Positions 37,001 through 46,874 of a stretch of 64,000 bases of DNA are shown here, piece after piece. Numbering within the stretch: the stretch's first letter is position 1; every line of letters starts with the position of its first letter. Origin of the DNA: Novipirellula rosea (GTDB taxonomy: Bacteria > Planctomycetota > Planctomycetia > Pirellulales > Pirellulaceae); assembly GCF_039541335.1 (NCBI RefSeq), contig NZ_BAABGA010000029.1, positions 211,215 through 275,214 on the forward strand. The letters run 5' to 3'. The notes under the pieces are model-generated. The model had not been told where the DNA came from. It saw nothing but the letters and a program-made list of their open reading frames with translations, and did no database searches. The translations under genes and the position numbers were made by a program.

Positions 37001-37342
37001 GACGGCTTGACCCTGACCTTCAATTTCCAGCTGGACCCAGACGTGGCGACGGATGTGCGTTCGTACAATGCGACTCAGTGGAATTATCACTGGAGTCGTA
37101 ATTATGGATCGGATCAATTTTCTGTGAAAACCGACAAAGCTGGTGTCGACGAAGTTGCAATCGAGTCCGCCACGGTCGACAACAGTGGTTCGGTGGTCAA
37201 GCTGCAGATCGATGGCATGCAGCCCGCCGATCAATTGCATCTGATTTTGCATGTGCGCGATCGCAATGGAGATGCTTTTGAGGAAGAAATCTACTGGACT
37301 ATCAACCGTGTCCCCGAAGTGGAAAACAATCGTGCGAATTAA
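34082..37342 (+). CDS. PVC-type heme-binding CxxCH protein with putative membrane-bound dehydrogenase beta-propeller domain
   Basis: Two heme c sites (CVNCH, CFDCH). A large beta-propeller-like region with repeated GxxDG motifs. The architecture is common in Planctomycetes/Verrucomicrobia. The track ORF starts at TTG 34076. Confidence 0.7.
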   Translation: MMDAPADLRSNPNAIPPTTDAKIWASVNIMMISRLAAFLIVASFASSTLSLQAEMLRRAAPLGDQLKAADPHYLAEQVRLRGDAHRGALVFFKSAAGCVNCHSSGDQASPLGPNLAELGSDLTDEYLIESLLFPSRHIRKGFETVSLLTVDGQVYVGLIAGEDDKQIRMRLSSDLTHDFVVTQEEVEERNVNSKSLMPDGLIGSLKDQREFLDLACYVIEVARGGKTRASQLQPSPEQLRVVDDSIDLDHAGIIKGLGRRDFTAGEAIYHGYCFDCHGSDGNTPSLSTARAFGTQKLKFGADPYQMFMTLTKGNGLMASMSHLTPKERYQVVHYIREAFMKGNNPDYVKVTPELLKSLPTGTKDGTEIENVQRDFGPALASQLRRDFPSVLNIRLGDATIAYNLHAMDQADVWSGGFLDLSETQHVRPRGEGTANPDGESIQGLAGWHWGHGGTLDYSRKGLLPRGPMPAEWMDYHGHYLHNDRVTLSYAIDGREILESPQELGNRAGSEVIVHELKIGPGGELILAIAENADNATAIVRGDHRDLTPHSDDKNRLVLRIPADTRSRTIQVYRTEGQDRSSLQKLADSFTPTMDLASLTQGGSMLWADELETVGYLGLEKGGYALDTLAIPESTPWNTWFRTSALDFFPDGRMALATHGGDIWIVSGIDDDLLNLRWKRFAAGLYEPFGVKIVDGKIYVTCKDRLTRLHDQDGNGEADFYESFCADIDVSTNFHAFNFDLQTDDEGNFYYAKSGHGADFSLPGAVFKISPDGKHREVLSTGFRTPNGLGSMPGGRITASDNQGQWTPASKINLLKPGGFYGWVPTYSIPGKWEPDGGKIDITKLVPPTSFDRPLVYMTQEFDNSSGGQIWVEDSRFGPLAGHLLHTSFGRGWMSYLMIQDVGDLSQAAIVNLPFDFSTGIMRGRVNPADGQVYATGLQGWNGGGRIGLEEKGLQRLRYTGRPYPMVTDASVQADGLTLTFNFQLDPDVATDVRSYNATQWNYHWSRNYGSDQFSVKTDKAGVDEVAIESATVDNSGSVVKLQIDGMQPADQLHLILHVRDRNGDAFEEEIYWTINRVPEVENNRAN

Positions 37343-38240
37343 ATGGTTTGCCTTCCTGGCATTTGTCTTGATCTCACCGAAGTTGGCAGTCGCTGCCGAT
37401 ACACCGAAGGTATTGTTTCTTGGGATTGATGGATGTCGTTTTGATGCACTGCGAAAAGCGAACACCCCTAACCTGGATCGGCTGATCGATCGAGGGATTT
37501 ACGCTGACAATACGCGTATCTTTCATGCTCGCTATACCACCGCCGACACGATTAGTGGCCCCGGTTGGAGCAGTATTTTGACGGGGGTTTGGGCCGACAA
37601 GCATGGCGTGTTAGACAATCAGTTCAAGGTTTCTCACTACGACAAATTTCCCCACCTCTTTGTCCGTGCCAAAGAACAATTACCTGAAACGAAAACAGCT
37701 TCACTTGTTTGCTGGGCCCCGATTGATCAATACATCGTCGCGAGTGCAGACAAGCGATACTCGTTCACCGAAAAGGATTACGGCGAGCGTGACGACGCGG
37801 CGACCGACGAAGCAGTCAAGCAGCTCTCTGATGCATCCATCGACGTGGTGTTCTTGTATTTGGGAGCCACTGACGAAGCGGGCCACGCCTCGGGATTCCA
37901 TCCGGCAAACCCGAAGTACGTCGAAACGATCCAAGCGGCTGACGCAAGAATCGGCCGCGTCTTAGCTGCGATCGAATCCCGTGCTTCCTACCAAGACGAA
38001 GATTGGTTGGTCGTCGTGACGTCCGACCATGGGGGTAAGGGGACTAGCCATTCCAACGGCCACGAGGTTCCCGAAATTTTCAACAGCTTCCTGATCGTCA
38101 GCGGCGATTCCGCCGAGCGTGGCAAATTCGAGACCGACACCTACATCGTCGATGCATCGGCGACGGTACTAAAACACTTGGGGATCGATGCGCCGGAGGA
38201 CTGGCAACTCGACGGCCAACCAGTGGGATTGAAGAAATAG
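37332..38240 (+). CDS. Type I phosphodiesterase / nucleotide pyrophosphatase (alkaline-phosphatase superfamily)
   Basis: LFLGIDGCRFDAL metal-ligand motif, TSDHGG, signal peptide WFAFLAFVLISPKLAVA. The likely start is GTG 37332, overlapping the upstream stop. The track ORF begins at 37251, inside the upstream gene. Confidence 0.7.
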   Translation: MRIKWFAFLAFVLISPKLAVAADTPKVLFLGIDGCRFDALRKANTPNLDRLIDRGIYADNTRIFHARYTTADTISGPGWSSILTGVWADKHGVLDNQFKVSHYDKFPHLFVRAKEQLPETKTASLVCWAPIDQYIVASADKRYSFTEKDYGERDDAATDEAVKQLSDASIDVVFLYLGATDEAGHASGFHPANPKYVETIQAADARIGRVLAAIESRASYQDEDWLVVVTSDHGGKGTSHSNGHEVPEIFNSFLIVSGDSAERGKFETDTYIVDASATVLKHLGIDAPEDWQLDGQPVGLKK

Positions 38241-38394
38241 CCCGAATTAACGGTGTTTTGCCGCATGCGGCTGATACGGCTGCGGCGTGCGCATTTGGAA
38301 AATAGCTGCTCCCAGGTGTCCGTTGCCTCGGAATCATTGATTACAATGCGGGCACTCGCGGTTTCCTTCCCTTCCAAAAAAATCCTGCCTCACC

Positions 38395-40734
38395 ATGAAT
38401 CTGCGCTCTTTTGTTGCAATTCCCCTGCTTTGTTTTCTGTGCGGCCCGACTCCACTGCGGGCGATGGAGCCGTCCGCCAGCGGCGAGCATGATGATTCGT
38501 CTACCGAGGCGGGGCACAGCTTTCACGGCGAAGCCTTTAATGAGGGACCACGTCAAAAAGCGGTTCTGATTCCAGGGCTCGCCAAAATCAACTTCCCCAC
38601 GTCGACCAAGTCCGAGCGGGCTCAGCAGTTTTTTGAGCAAGGCGTTGCGCAGCTGCACGGGTTCTGGTACCTCGAAGCCGAGCGCTCGTTTCGGCAAGCA
38701 GCCAAAGAAGATCCCCAAATGGCTATCGCCTATTGGGGCATGGCCATGGCCAACGTCAACAATCGCAAACGGGCTCGAGGGCTGATCGACGAAGCGTTAG
38801 AAAAGAAGGACAAGGGGGCTGACAAACGCGAGAAGCTTTATATCGATGCACTCAATCGCTATCTGCCAAAATTTGGCGATGATGCGCCCAAAGATGACAG
38901 CGACGCCAAGAAGAAACGAGCGGAAAACTTTATCGCCGATCTCGAAAAGATCCTGCACGAATATCCTGATGACATCGAAGCCAAAGCATTTTTAGTGCTG
39001 CAAATCTGGCTGGGGGACCGCGAAGGGGTCAAGTTGACCAGCCGTTACGCGGTCAACGCATTGCTAAGTGAGATTTTTGCAGTCGATCCGATGCATCCTG
39101 TCCATCATTACCGCATCCATTTATGGGATTCGGCGCAACCTAAACTGGCACTCCAGTCGGCGGCAAATTGTGGTCCCTCGATGCCCGGCGTGGCTCACAT
39201 GTGGCACATGCCCGGACACATCTATTCTAAACTTCATCGCTATGCTGACGCCGCTTGGCAACAGGAAGCGTCGGCACGAGTTGACCACGCACACATGACA
39301 CGTGCACGGTTGATGCCCGACCAAATCCATAACTTTGCCCACAACAACGAATGGTTGACGCGTAACTTGATCCATATTGGCCGTGTTCGCGACGCCATCG
39401 ATCAAGCCCAAAACCTTGTCTCGTTGCCGCAACATCCCAAATACAACACGCTGGATAAACGAGGTAGCTACAAGTACGGACGTGAACGGTTGCTGCAGAT
39501 TCTTTCGCAGTACGCGTTATGGGACGAATTGATCAAAGAGTCGGGCGGTTACTATTTGCCGCCCACCTCGGACGCGGGACAACAAGAAGAATGGTTGGGG
39601 TGGTTAGCCGTCGCCCATTTCCGTACCGGCAACGGGGCTCGCGGTGCCAAAACACTTCGCTCGCTGAGTCGTCGTCGTCTTGCCTTGGAAACAAAACTGC
39701 TCGATTTGGCTGATGAATCGGCTGCCGCAAAGGAAGCCGCGAAAGAAGCAGCGGACGACCAAGCGGATGACGAGACCGAAGAGGATGTCGAAGCAGAAAA
39801 AGCTGACAAGGAAGAGACGCCGGACGAGATCAAGTCGCACCTTAAAACGCTGCGGACGATCATTGCTCGCGTGTCTGCCGCGGCCGCATCGCATCGCCGC
39901 GACGAGGCGAAATTCAAAGTGCATGCCAAGCAAGCCAAGCTCGAACCGCTGATCGAAGCTCGCTGGTTGGCCGACGCGCGTGATTTGAAGGGAGCGCTTG
40001 AGATTGCCAAACGCGAGCGTAAGAAGCGTGAAGGCGAGGTGCGACCGCTGGCGATTCTAGTCGACCTGCTATGGCGAAATGAACAAAAAGAGGAAGCCAT
40101 CAAGCAATTCGAAACGCTGCGGACGCTGGCCGCCGATGCCGACATCGACACACCGCTATTGGCACGACTAAGCCATATTGCCAAGGCGGCGGGCGTCCAG
40201 GGGGATTGGAGAATCCCGCGTGAACCGGCGGCGGATCTGGGAGAGCGACCGCCACTGGACAAACTTGGCCCGTTCCGCTGGCAAACTTACGAGGCGCCAA
40301 CGTGGGAAGGCAAACTACCCGATGGAACGCTGACGAGTGCCGAAGAGTTTGGCGGTCGACCTCGGATCGTCGTTTTCTATCTCGGATTCGGTTGCCTGCA
40401 CTGCATGGAACAACTGCACGCGTTGTCACCACGGATTGACGATTTTCGTAAGGCGGGAATCGATATCGTGGCAATCAGCACCGAAGATCATGAGACGCTA
40501 AAAACAGGAATCGACAACTTTGATAAGCCTGTCGAGATCCCGTTGATCGCCGACGCCAAACAAGTGATTTTCAAGTCATACCGTTGCTGGGACGACTTTG
40601 AAAACCAGCCGCTGCACGGTACCTTCCTGATCGATTCACGAGATCGGGTGCGATGGCAAGACATCGGCTATGAACCGTTCATGGACGTTGATTTCTTGCT
40701 CGAAGAATCTCAGCGGCTATTGAAGCTGCCATAG
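38395..40734 (+). CDS. Secreted TPR-like protein with C-terminal redoxin (AhpC/TSA/thioredoxin-fold) domain
   Basis: Signal peptide LLCFLCGPTPLRA. The C-terminus has RIVVFYLGFGCLHCMEQL (CxxC) and a redoxin fold. The middle is helical with a KE-rich coiled segment. Confidence 0.65.
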   Translation: MNLRSFVAIPLLCFLCGPTPLRAMEPSASGEHDDSSTEAGHSFHGEAFNEGPRQKAVLIPGLAKINFPTSTKSERAQQFFEQGVAQLHGFWYLEAERSFRQAAKEDPQMAIAYWGMAMANVNNRKRARGLIDEALEKKDKGADKREKLYIDALNRYLPKFGDDAPKDDSDAKKKRAENFIADLEKILHEYPDDIEAKAFLVLQIWLGDREGVKLTSRYAVNALLSEIFAVDPMHPVHHYRIHLWDSAQPKLALQSAANCGPSMPGVAHMWHMPGHIYSKLHRYADAAWQQEASARVDHAHMTRARLMPDQIHNFAHNNEWLTRNLIHIGRVRDAIDQAQNLVSLPQHPKYNTLDKRGSYKYGRERLLQILSQYALWDELIKESGGYYLPPTSDAGQQEEWLGWLAVAHFRTGNGARGAKTLRSLSRRRLALETKLLDLADESAAAKEAAKEAADDQADDETEEDVEAEKADKEETPDEIKSHLKTLRTIIARVSAAAASHRRDEAKFKVHAKQAKLEPLIEARWLADARDLKGALEIAKRERKKREGEVRPLAILVDLLWRNEQKEEAIKQFETLRTLAADADIDTPLLARLSHIAKAAGVQGDWRIPREPAADLGERPPLDKLGPFRWQTYEAPTWEGKLPDGTLTSAEEFGGRPRIVVFYLGFGCLHCMEQLHALSPRIDDFRKAGIDIVAISTEDHETLKTGIDNFDKPVEIPLIADAKQVIFKSYRCWDDFENQPLHGTFLIDSRDRVRWQDIGYEPFMDVDFLLEESQRLLKLP

Positions 40735-40789
40735 TCGCCTTTGAGGCCACGCTGTGAAGTATTTTCCCCTCTAGGGGTTGTGCATTTTT

Positions 40790-40865
40790 TGCGTAGCGGA
40801 AGTCGTCAAGACTTTCGATCCACGGCAAGTGCCTGCCGAAACTCTTGACGAGTTCCGCTGCGAAA
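40790..40865. repeat. REP-like palindromic element (family copy 2; arms GTAGCGGAAGTCGTCAAGACTTTCG / CGAAACTCTTGACGAGTTCCGCTGC)
   Basis: Two ~25-nt arms that are reverse complements of each other (2 mismatches), separated by ~24 nt. Confidence 0.6.
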
Positions 40866-40926
40866 TGCTTCACAGTGTTGAGGGCGAGACTTTCAATTTT
40901 CACCCCTTAGTACGCCAAAGCGACGG

Positions 40927-41517
40927 ATGCAGTATCGAGCTTGTCATTGCTGTGGATTGATTCATCGATTGCCTCCGCTGCAGGCGGGTGACCGCGCCCA
41001 GTGCACGCGATGCAAATCGATCCTGGCGGACACCACGCCATCGCACCAAAGTGCTAGCCGAACGGCGGCCGCCTCGGTTGCCGCGTTTATCCTGTTTTGG
41101 CCTGCCGTGCTGCTGCCGATCCTCGAGATCGAGCGTTTGGGGCAACGCAATGAACAGAGCATCCTGAGCGGCATTCTTGATCTGTTTCATCACGGCAACT
41201 ATTTCGTCGGTGGCGTGGTGCTGTTGTTTTCGATCCTCTTTCCGCTGACCAAAATCGTGCTGCTGGTTGAACTCAGCTGGCTCGAAGTGTTACAGCGACA
41301 ACACAAGGCGTTTACGCTGCGATTGATGGAACATGTGGGTAAGTGGAGCATGATGGACGTGATGCTGCTGGCATTTCTGGTGATGATGGTCAAGCTTGGC
41401 AACCTCGTGCATTTTCAATTTGGCCCCGCGGTGGTTGCGTTCACATTGTGTGTCGCGATGAGCATGATCGCGTCGTTGTCGTTTGATCCCCATTCGATTT
41501 GGGAAGAAGCAGAATGA
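40927..41517 (+). CDS. pqiA: Paraquat-inducible protein A family membrane protein
   Basis: N-terminal zinc-ribbon-like CHCCGLIH...CTRC followed by a PqiA TM topology. Overlaps pqiB by 19 bp. Confidence 0.75.
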   Translation: MQYRACHCCGLIHRLPPLQAGDRAQCTRCKSILADTTPSHQSASRTAAASVAAFILFWPAVLLPILEIERLGQRNEQSILSGILDLFHHGNYFVGGVVLLFSILFPLTKIVLLVELSWLEVLQRQHKAFTLRLMEHVGKWSMMDVMLLAFLVMMVKLGNLVHFQFGPAVVAFTLCVAMSMIASLSFDPHSIWEEAE

Positions 41518-43013
41518 GTGATCACGATCAAAGCGACTCGGACTTTCCCATTGCGGAAATTGCCCAACCCCGTCCGACGTGGTTCCGCCGTCACTCGCCA
41601 ATGTGGTTGTTGACGCTGGTCTGCTTGGGAATCGCAATTGGATTGACTTGGTATTCGTCCGACGCACCCGGAACGCAAATCGTTTTGCATTTTGATGATG
41701 GTCATGGTTTGAAACCCGGCGACCCGATTCGTCATCGCGGGATTCAAATTGGGATGGTTGAAAGCGTTTCCCTTCGCCAAGATCTCAACGGGATTGATGT
41801 CACAGCGACCTTGGATGAAGCGTCCTCGGCGATCGCGTGTGAAGGATCTCGATTTTGGATTGTTCGCCCTGAAGTCGCCATCACGGGCGTCAGCGGACTG
41901 GAGACTGCGGTGGGGTCAAAGTACATCGCGGTGATCCCGGGCAATCCCGCACAGAAACAATTTGAGTTTACCGGGCTCAATTCAAAACCGCCCGACGATT
42001 TAGGCCGCGGCGGAATTGAGCTCGTTTTGCGAGGCGACGATCGCTGGGGCGTCTACCCGGGATCGCCGCTGACATGGCGAGGGATCGAGGTTGGGCAAGT
42101 GCTCTCGAGTAGTCTGGCGCCCGATGCGATGCATGTCGATATCCGCGTGCGAGTGGACCAGCGGCACACCCGATTGCTATCTCGCAATTCAAAATTCTGG
42201 GTGACCAGCGGCGTGCAAATGGGGCTAGACGTGACCGGGTTCGAATTCTCGGCCGAGTCGTTGACGACGATTGCGCGAGGCGGCATCGCCTTGATGACTC
42301 CCGGCACCGCCGTTACTAAGACCGCTGCTACCGGCGACGATGTCCAGCCTGGCGACGTCTTTACGCTGCACCGCCGGCGTGACGACGCGTGGCTCGAATC
42401 CGCGATGCCGCTGAATCTGTTGTCTCATTCACCGCCGCCGATGGCAGCGGTGGTTGCGACGTGGAAGCAGACCTATTTTGGGATTACGCGGACGCGATCG
42501 GATCACGCTGCGTGTTTGGCCGTACCGCTTTCCGATCATGGCCAAGGCATCCTCGTTCCCTCGGATCTAATCGCGAACAAAGCGAACGCTGTCGAAGGCT
42601 CGTATCAATTGACGTACCGCGGGAATAATGCCGAGTCCGTTCTCGATGCTCCTGTCTCTCCCGAGTCGCCCGATGGCATCTCGGTGTTCCAGCTTGCAGA
42701 GAACGCGGTGTCATCGAAACAGGTCGTTGCGGCCGATCGAATGCGGATTCCGCAGGGGCCCGAAGACTGTTTTGCCGTCAGCCGGCGTTCTGGCGATGGT
42801 GAATCCGATGTTGTGATCGAAATGATCGGAGCCGAGCAATTAACGGTTAGCGGGGCCCGTTGGAATTGTAGCGAGGCGAGGTTCAGCCGTGAGGTTTGGC
42901 ATGGCGCTGCGGTGATTTCCAGTCGCGACGAAAAAGTGATCGGAGTGCTGTTGATCAACGAGAAAGGGGTGCAAATTGCGCCGCTTGCCAACCTGCCGAG
43001 CGGTACAGGATAG
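41499..43013 (+). CDS. pqiB: PqiB / MCE (MlaD-like) domain protein
   Basis: N-terminal TM and tandem MCE domains (GLKPGDPIRHRGIQIGMV, GSPLTWRGIEVGQV). Confidence 0.75.
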   Translation: MGRSRMSDHDQSDSDFPIAEIAQPRPTWFRRHSPMWLLTLVCLGIAIGLTWYSSDAPGTQIVLHFDDGHGLKPGDPIRHRGIQIGMVESVSLRQDLNGIDVTATLDEASSAIACEGSRFWIVRPEVAITGVSGLETAVGSKYIAVIPGNPAQKQFEFTGLNSKPPDDLGRGGIELVLRGDDRWGVYPGSPLTWRGIEVGQVLSSSLAPDAMHVDIRVRVDQRHTRLLSRNSKFWVTSGVQMGLDVTGFEFSAESLTTIARGGIALMTPGTAVTKTAATGDDVQPGDVFTLHRRRDDAWLESAMPLNLLSHSPPPMAAVVATWKQTYFGITRTRSDHAACLAVPLSDHGQGILVPSDLIANKANAVEGSYQLTYRGNNAESVLDAPVSPESPDGISVFQLAENAVSSKQVVAADRMRIPQGPEDCFAVSRRSGDGESDVVIEMIGAEQLTVSGARWNCSEARFSREVWHGAAVISSRDEKVIGVLLINEKGVQIAPLANLPSGTG

Positions 43014-43187
43014 CCCTCTCGCTAGCTTTGGAATTGTTGCAAAACTGGTTTGAACCACCTTCTGGTGCATCATTTCGGTGTGACTTAGGTGTATAAATAA
43101 CCTCTGTAATTCGCCTGTCAGGGCTCGCCAGCCGAGCGATCATGGCGACTTCGATCCCGAAACCTCTCATCGCAGAAGAGTTTTACC

Positions 43188-44477
43188 ATGACACTGTGGT
43201 CACGAAACAATGCACGTCAAGGATTGGCTCCGACAACTTGTCAACGAATGATTTGTAGATGGTCAAGATACGGAGTCGTGCTCGTCGCCTCCGCACTCGC
43301 TATCCCCATGACAGCGTCAACCAGCTTTGCCGATGACAAAGCGGACGCGGCAAGCGAGACCGATAAAACAGCGAAGGCAGCTGAGAAAGAAGAAAAGGAA
43401 GAAGTCAAACCGATCGAAGTTCCCGACGGGACGCCAGAAGAATTGTTTGTCTTTATCGACAAGGTCAAAGGCGAGCGTGGTCGCACACTGGAAACCGTAA
43501 TGCGATCAATGCAAGGCGTCTTTGATACGACCGAAAAAATTCGCGGCATCGAAGACCTCTCGCTCGAAGATGAACTCAAAGCAATCAACGAAGCGTTAGT
43601 GGCACAGGCGATGTTGGCACGTTTCTCGCCGGAGGCTCGAGATCGATTCGCCACCTACATCGAGGAGCTGGCGAAAGATCCTCGCGACGAAATTCAGCGA
43701 CTCGCCGCTGCGGAACAACTCAAGCAAGAAATCCAATCCGTTCGTACCGCGTCCGACGAGAAGAAACGCGAACTGGTTGACAAGGTGCTGGCGATCATTG
43801 ACGAAAACGGGATTGATCAAACGAATTACCGAATGGCATCGCAACTCGCATACGCGATTGGCTACGGTGACAACACGGAACTGGCGGCCTCGTTCTACGA
43901 TGCCCTTGCGTCGCGATTAGAAGAAGCCGAGGACGCCAAGCTGCGTGACGCAGCACCGCGAGCCGCGGGTGCTGCACGTCGTTTGCGTTTGCCCGGCAAC
44001 TTCTTTGAGCTCAGTGGAACAACCGCCGATGGAGAAACGTTCGATTGGAGTGCCTATCGTGGCAAAGTGGTGCTCGTCGATTATTGGGCCAGCTGGTGTG
44101 GGCCTTGTCGCGGTGAAGTTCCCAATATGAAAAAGAACCTCGAGAAATATGGCGATGCTGGGTTTGCCATCGTGGGGATCAACATGGACAGCACCTCCGA
44201 AGCGTACGAGTCGTACGTTGAAAAAGAAGAGATCCCTTGGGTGAACGTGGTCAACTTTGAACCCGAGAGCAAGGGATGGCAGCATCCGATGGCGGTTCAC
44301 TATGGCGTCTCGGGAATTCCCACCGCGATTCTGGTCAACGGCGAAGGGAAAGTCATCTCGCTGAGTGCTCGCGGCAAAACGCTCGACAAACTGCTAGCCG
44401 AGACACTGGGCGAACCTGAAGATGACGCCGAAGCGGCGGACAAAGAAGGTGATACGAAGGACGACGCGGCAGAATAA
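43188..44477 (+). CDS. TlpA/ResA-like thiol:disulfide oxidoreductase with long helical N-terminal region
   Basis: VLVDYWASWCGPCRGEVP thioredoxin CxxC motif, signal/TM at the N-terminus. Confidence 0.8.
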   Translation: MTLWSRNNARQGLAPTTCQRMICRWSRYGVVLVASALAIPMTASTSFADDKADAASETDKTAKAAEKEEKEEVKPIEVPDGTPEELFVFIDKVKGERGRTLETVMRSMQGVFDTTEKIRGIEDLSLEDELKAINEALVAQAMLARFSPEARDRFATYIEELAKDPRDEIQRLAAAEQLKQEIQSVRTASDEKKRELVDKVLAIIDENGIDQTNYRMASQLAYAIGYGDNTELAASFYDALASRLEEAEDAKLRDAAPRAAGAARRLRLPGNFFELSGTTADGETFDWSAYRGKVVLVDYWASWCGPCRGEVPNMKKNLEKYGDAGFAIVGINMDSTSEAYESYVEKEEIPWVNVVNFEPESKGWQHPMAVHYGVSGIPTAILVNGEGKVISLSARGKTLDKLLAETLGEPEDDAEAADKEGDTKDDAAE

Positions 44478-44678
44478 CGCGTCAATCGATCACAACATGG
44501 TTGCCCCCAAGCCGTGTCGCGGGGGGTGGCGGAATTCGCTACAACATGATTCCTTCGTTGGACAGATCCCTTCGCTATTCCCCCCCCGTAGCCAAACGGT
44601 CTGTCGATTGCCCTAAGGCCGGAACCGTCTTCTGATTTCCGCTGGGCTTTTACCAGCGGCATCGGAACAGGTCAGGTT

Positions 44679-46364
44679 ATGGGCGATTTTCATTTACACA
44701 TCACGAGCACGTTAGGGCTGTTGCTGGGCGTCAGTTTGGCTGCGGGCGTGTTCGCCGATGTGTTCCATCTGCCCAAAGTCACCGCCTATCTTTTGGTCGG
44801 CCTGCTGGTTGGCCCCAGCGTTCTGGACTGGATTCCCGAAGTCCATGTCGACGGGCTCGAGCCGGTGCTCGAGTTTGCGATGGCCATCGTGCTGTTTAAT
44901 CTGGGGTGCGAGTTTACATTCTCGAAGGTGCGGCGAATCGCCGCTCACTGTCTGGCGTTATCAGCAGCCGAAATCCTGTTGACTTGCGGGTTGGTGACCC
45001 TCGGGCTGAAACTATTTGGCTATGGCAGCAGCACCGCAATCTTGCTGGGATGCTTGGCCGTCGCCACGGCACCGGCGACGACCATCTTGGTGCTGAAAGA
45101 ATTTCGCTCCGAAGGCCCGGTCACTGAGAGCACCGGTTTTCTGGTCGCGGTCAACAATTTTGCCTGCATCGTGTTGTTCGAGTTTGCCTTTCTCGTGATC
45201 CATCTGTTCCAAGGAAAATTGGAGGTCACGATCACCAGCGAACTGCAGTGGCTGATCTCGAATCTGGGGACTGCGTTTGCCTTGGGGGTCGCGGGCGGCT
45301 TGATCATTAGCTACGGATGCGGGCTGTTGAAGTTCAGCCGCTGGTTGGTGTTGCTGATGGCGACCACCACGTTTCTGCTAGGCGCATGCGATTCGCTGCA
45401 CCTGCCCTACATGGTCACGTTTTTGGTGATGGGCGTGACGGTCGCCAACACGTCGGACATGAAAAACAAGATCGTCGGCGAACTCGACCACTTGTCTGGA
45501 CTACTGGCGGTCGTTTTCTTTGCCGTCCACGGAACCCACTTGGACGCCAATGCGTTTATCGCTGCCGGAGGGATCGGAGCTCTCTATATTGTTCTTCGTA
45601 TCGCCGGAAAATGGTTAGGCGTCTATGCTGCCGCACGACTGACGCGGCAGCCGCTCGAAGTGCGTCATTGGCTAGGAACATGCTTGTTCGCGCAAGCCGG
45701 CGCCGCGATTGCGTTATCCACGATTGCCGCGAACCGCGATCCCGAATTAGGCAAACCGATACAAGACATCATCCTCGGATCGGTGGTGGTGTTCGAGATC
45801 ATCGGACCGCTGTTTATCCGCCAATCGTTGTTGCGGACCGGCGAAGTCCCGTTGGCTCAAGCGATCAATCACTCCAGCCGAACGCCGCTGGAACAAGTGC
45901 GTGCGGTGGTCGACCGATTTCGTGCCGCGATTCGTCATGATGCACCCGAACGCACGGTCGCCAGCAAAGTCAAAGTCAGCGACTTGTTACGCAAGACGAA
46001 TGGTATTCATCAATCGGCAAATTTTGATGAGGTCATCGCGCATATCGAACACAGCCACGATAACACCTATCCGGTGGTCGATGAGCGAAAACGCGTAGTC
46101 GGAGTCATTCGCTATCCGCTGCTCAGTAACGTGATGTTTGACGAGAGCGTTACGACGTTGATTCGAGCCGAGGATTTGGCGAGTGAGACGGAATCATTTC
46201 TTTACCCCGACGAACCCGCGCAGCGTGCTTTTGAATTGTTCGAAGCCGAAACCGACGACTGTATTCCGGTCGTCGGTCGAGCGGAACCGAATGAGCTAGC
46301 CGGCGTCGTGCGTCGCAGCGACATCATGCACGCGCTGATCACTCAGCATCGCAAAACGAAATAG
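44679..46364 (+). CDS. Cation:proton antiporter (CPA1 Na+/H+ exchanger) with C-terminal CBS pair
   Basis: About 12 TM helices, then CBS-like segments (VIAHIEHSHDNTYPVVDERKRVVGVIRY). Confidence 0.75.
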   Translation: MGDFHLHITSTLGLLLGVSLAAGVFADVFHLPKVTAYLLVGLLVGPSVLDWIPEVHVDGLEPVLEFAMAIVLFNLGCEFTFSKVRRIAAHCLALSAAEILLTCGLVTLGLKLFGYGSSTAILLGCLAVATAPATTILVLKEFRSEGPVTESTGFLVAVNNFACIVLFEFAFLVIHLFQGKLEVTITSELQWLISNLGTAFALGVAGGLIISYGCGLLKFSRWLVLLMATTTFLLGACDSLHLPYMVTFLVMGVTVANTSDMKNKIVGELDHLSGLLAVVFFAVHGTHLDANAFIAAGGIGALYIVLRIAGKWLGVYAAARLTRQPLEVRHWLGTCLFAQAGAAIALSTIAANRDPELGKPIQDIILGSVVVFEIIGPLFIRQSLLRTGEVPLAQAINHSSRTPLEQVRAVVDRFRAAIRHDAPERTVASKVKVSDLLRKTNGIHQSANFDEVIAHIEHSHDNTYPVVDERKRVVGVIRYPLLSNVMFDESVTTLIRAEDLASETESFLYPDEPAQRAFELFEAETDDCIPVVGRAEPNELAGVVRRSDIMHALITQHRKTK

Positions 46365-46381
46365 ACGATTCGTTTGGTTTG

Positions 46382-46807
46382 TTACGAGAACATGCGACGA
46401 CGAACCATGGCGATCGTGGCAAGTTGATCGGGTTTGAGTGTCATGGTTTGTTTTGCTGTTGCCAACGCCGAATCAAAATGATGATCAGCCAAAAACAACA
46501 TCGCTGGCTGCTGTAGCGATGCTTCATCCGCAATTGCCTGCAGCAACTTGCAGCCTTTGCCATTGATCCGGTGGGCGTAACACAGATCGCTGAACAGCGA
46601 AACCGAGGAATGGGCATTGCGTGCGACGCGACGTTGAATTTGCCAGGCAACCAGCGACGAAACAATCACGATCGCAGCGGTGATCAACATCCACAGCGAC
46701 GAATCGCTTGTTGCGGTCGCCGTTTCTTTGTAATGCAGGTTGACGTCACTCATCCGAGTTTCAGCGAACAACAGGAAGGACGTTAAATTGGCCATGTCGA
46801 AAATCAA
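46382..46807 (-). CDS. Hypothetical single-TM protein
   Basis: 141 aa with one TM (LWMLITAAIVIVSSLVAW). Confidence 0.3.
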   Translation of the reverse strand: MIFDMANLTSFLLFAETRMSDVNLHYKETATATSDSSLWMLITAAIVIVSSLVAWQIQRRVARNAHSSVSLFSDLCYAHRINGKGCKLLQAIADEASLQQPAMLFLADHHFDSALATAKQTMTLKPDQLATIAMVRRRMFS

Positions 46808-46874
46808 AATAACAATGTGAAAGGATGTTTGTAGAAGCAGACGTTAAATAATGAGAGGCAAATCGCTCCTGGCG

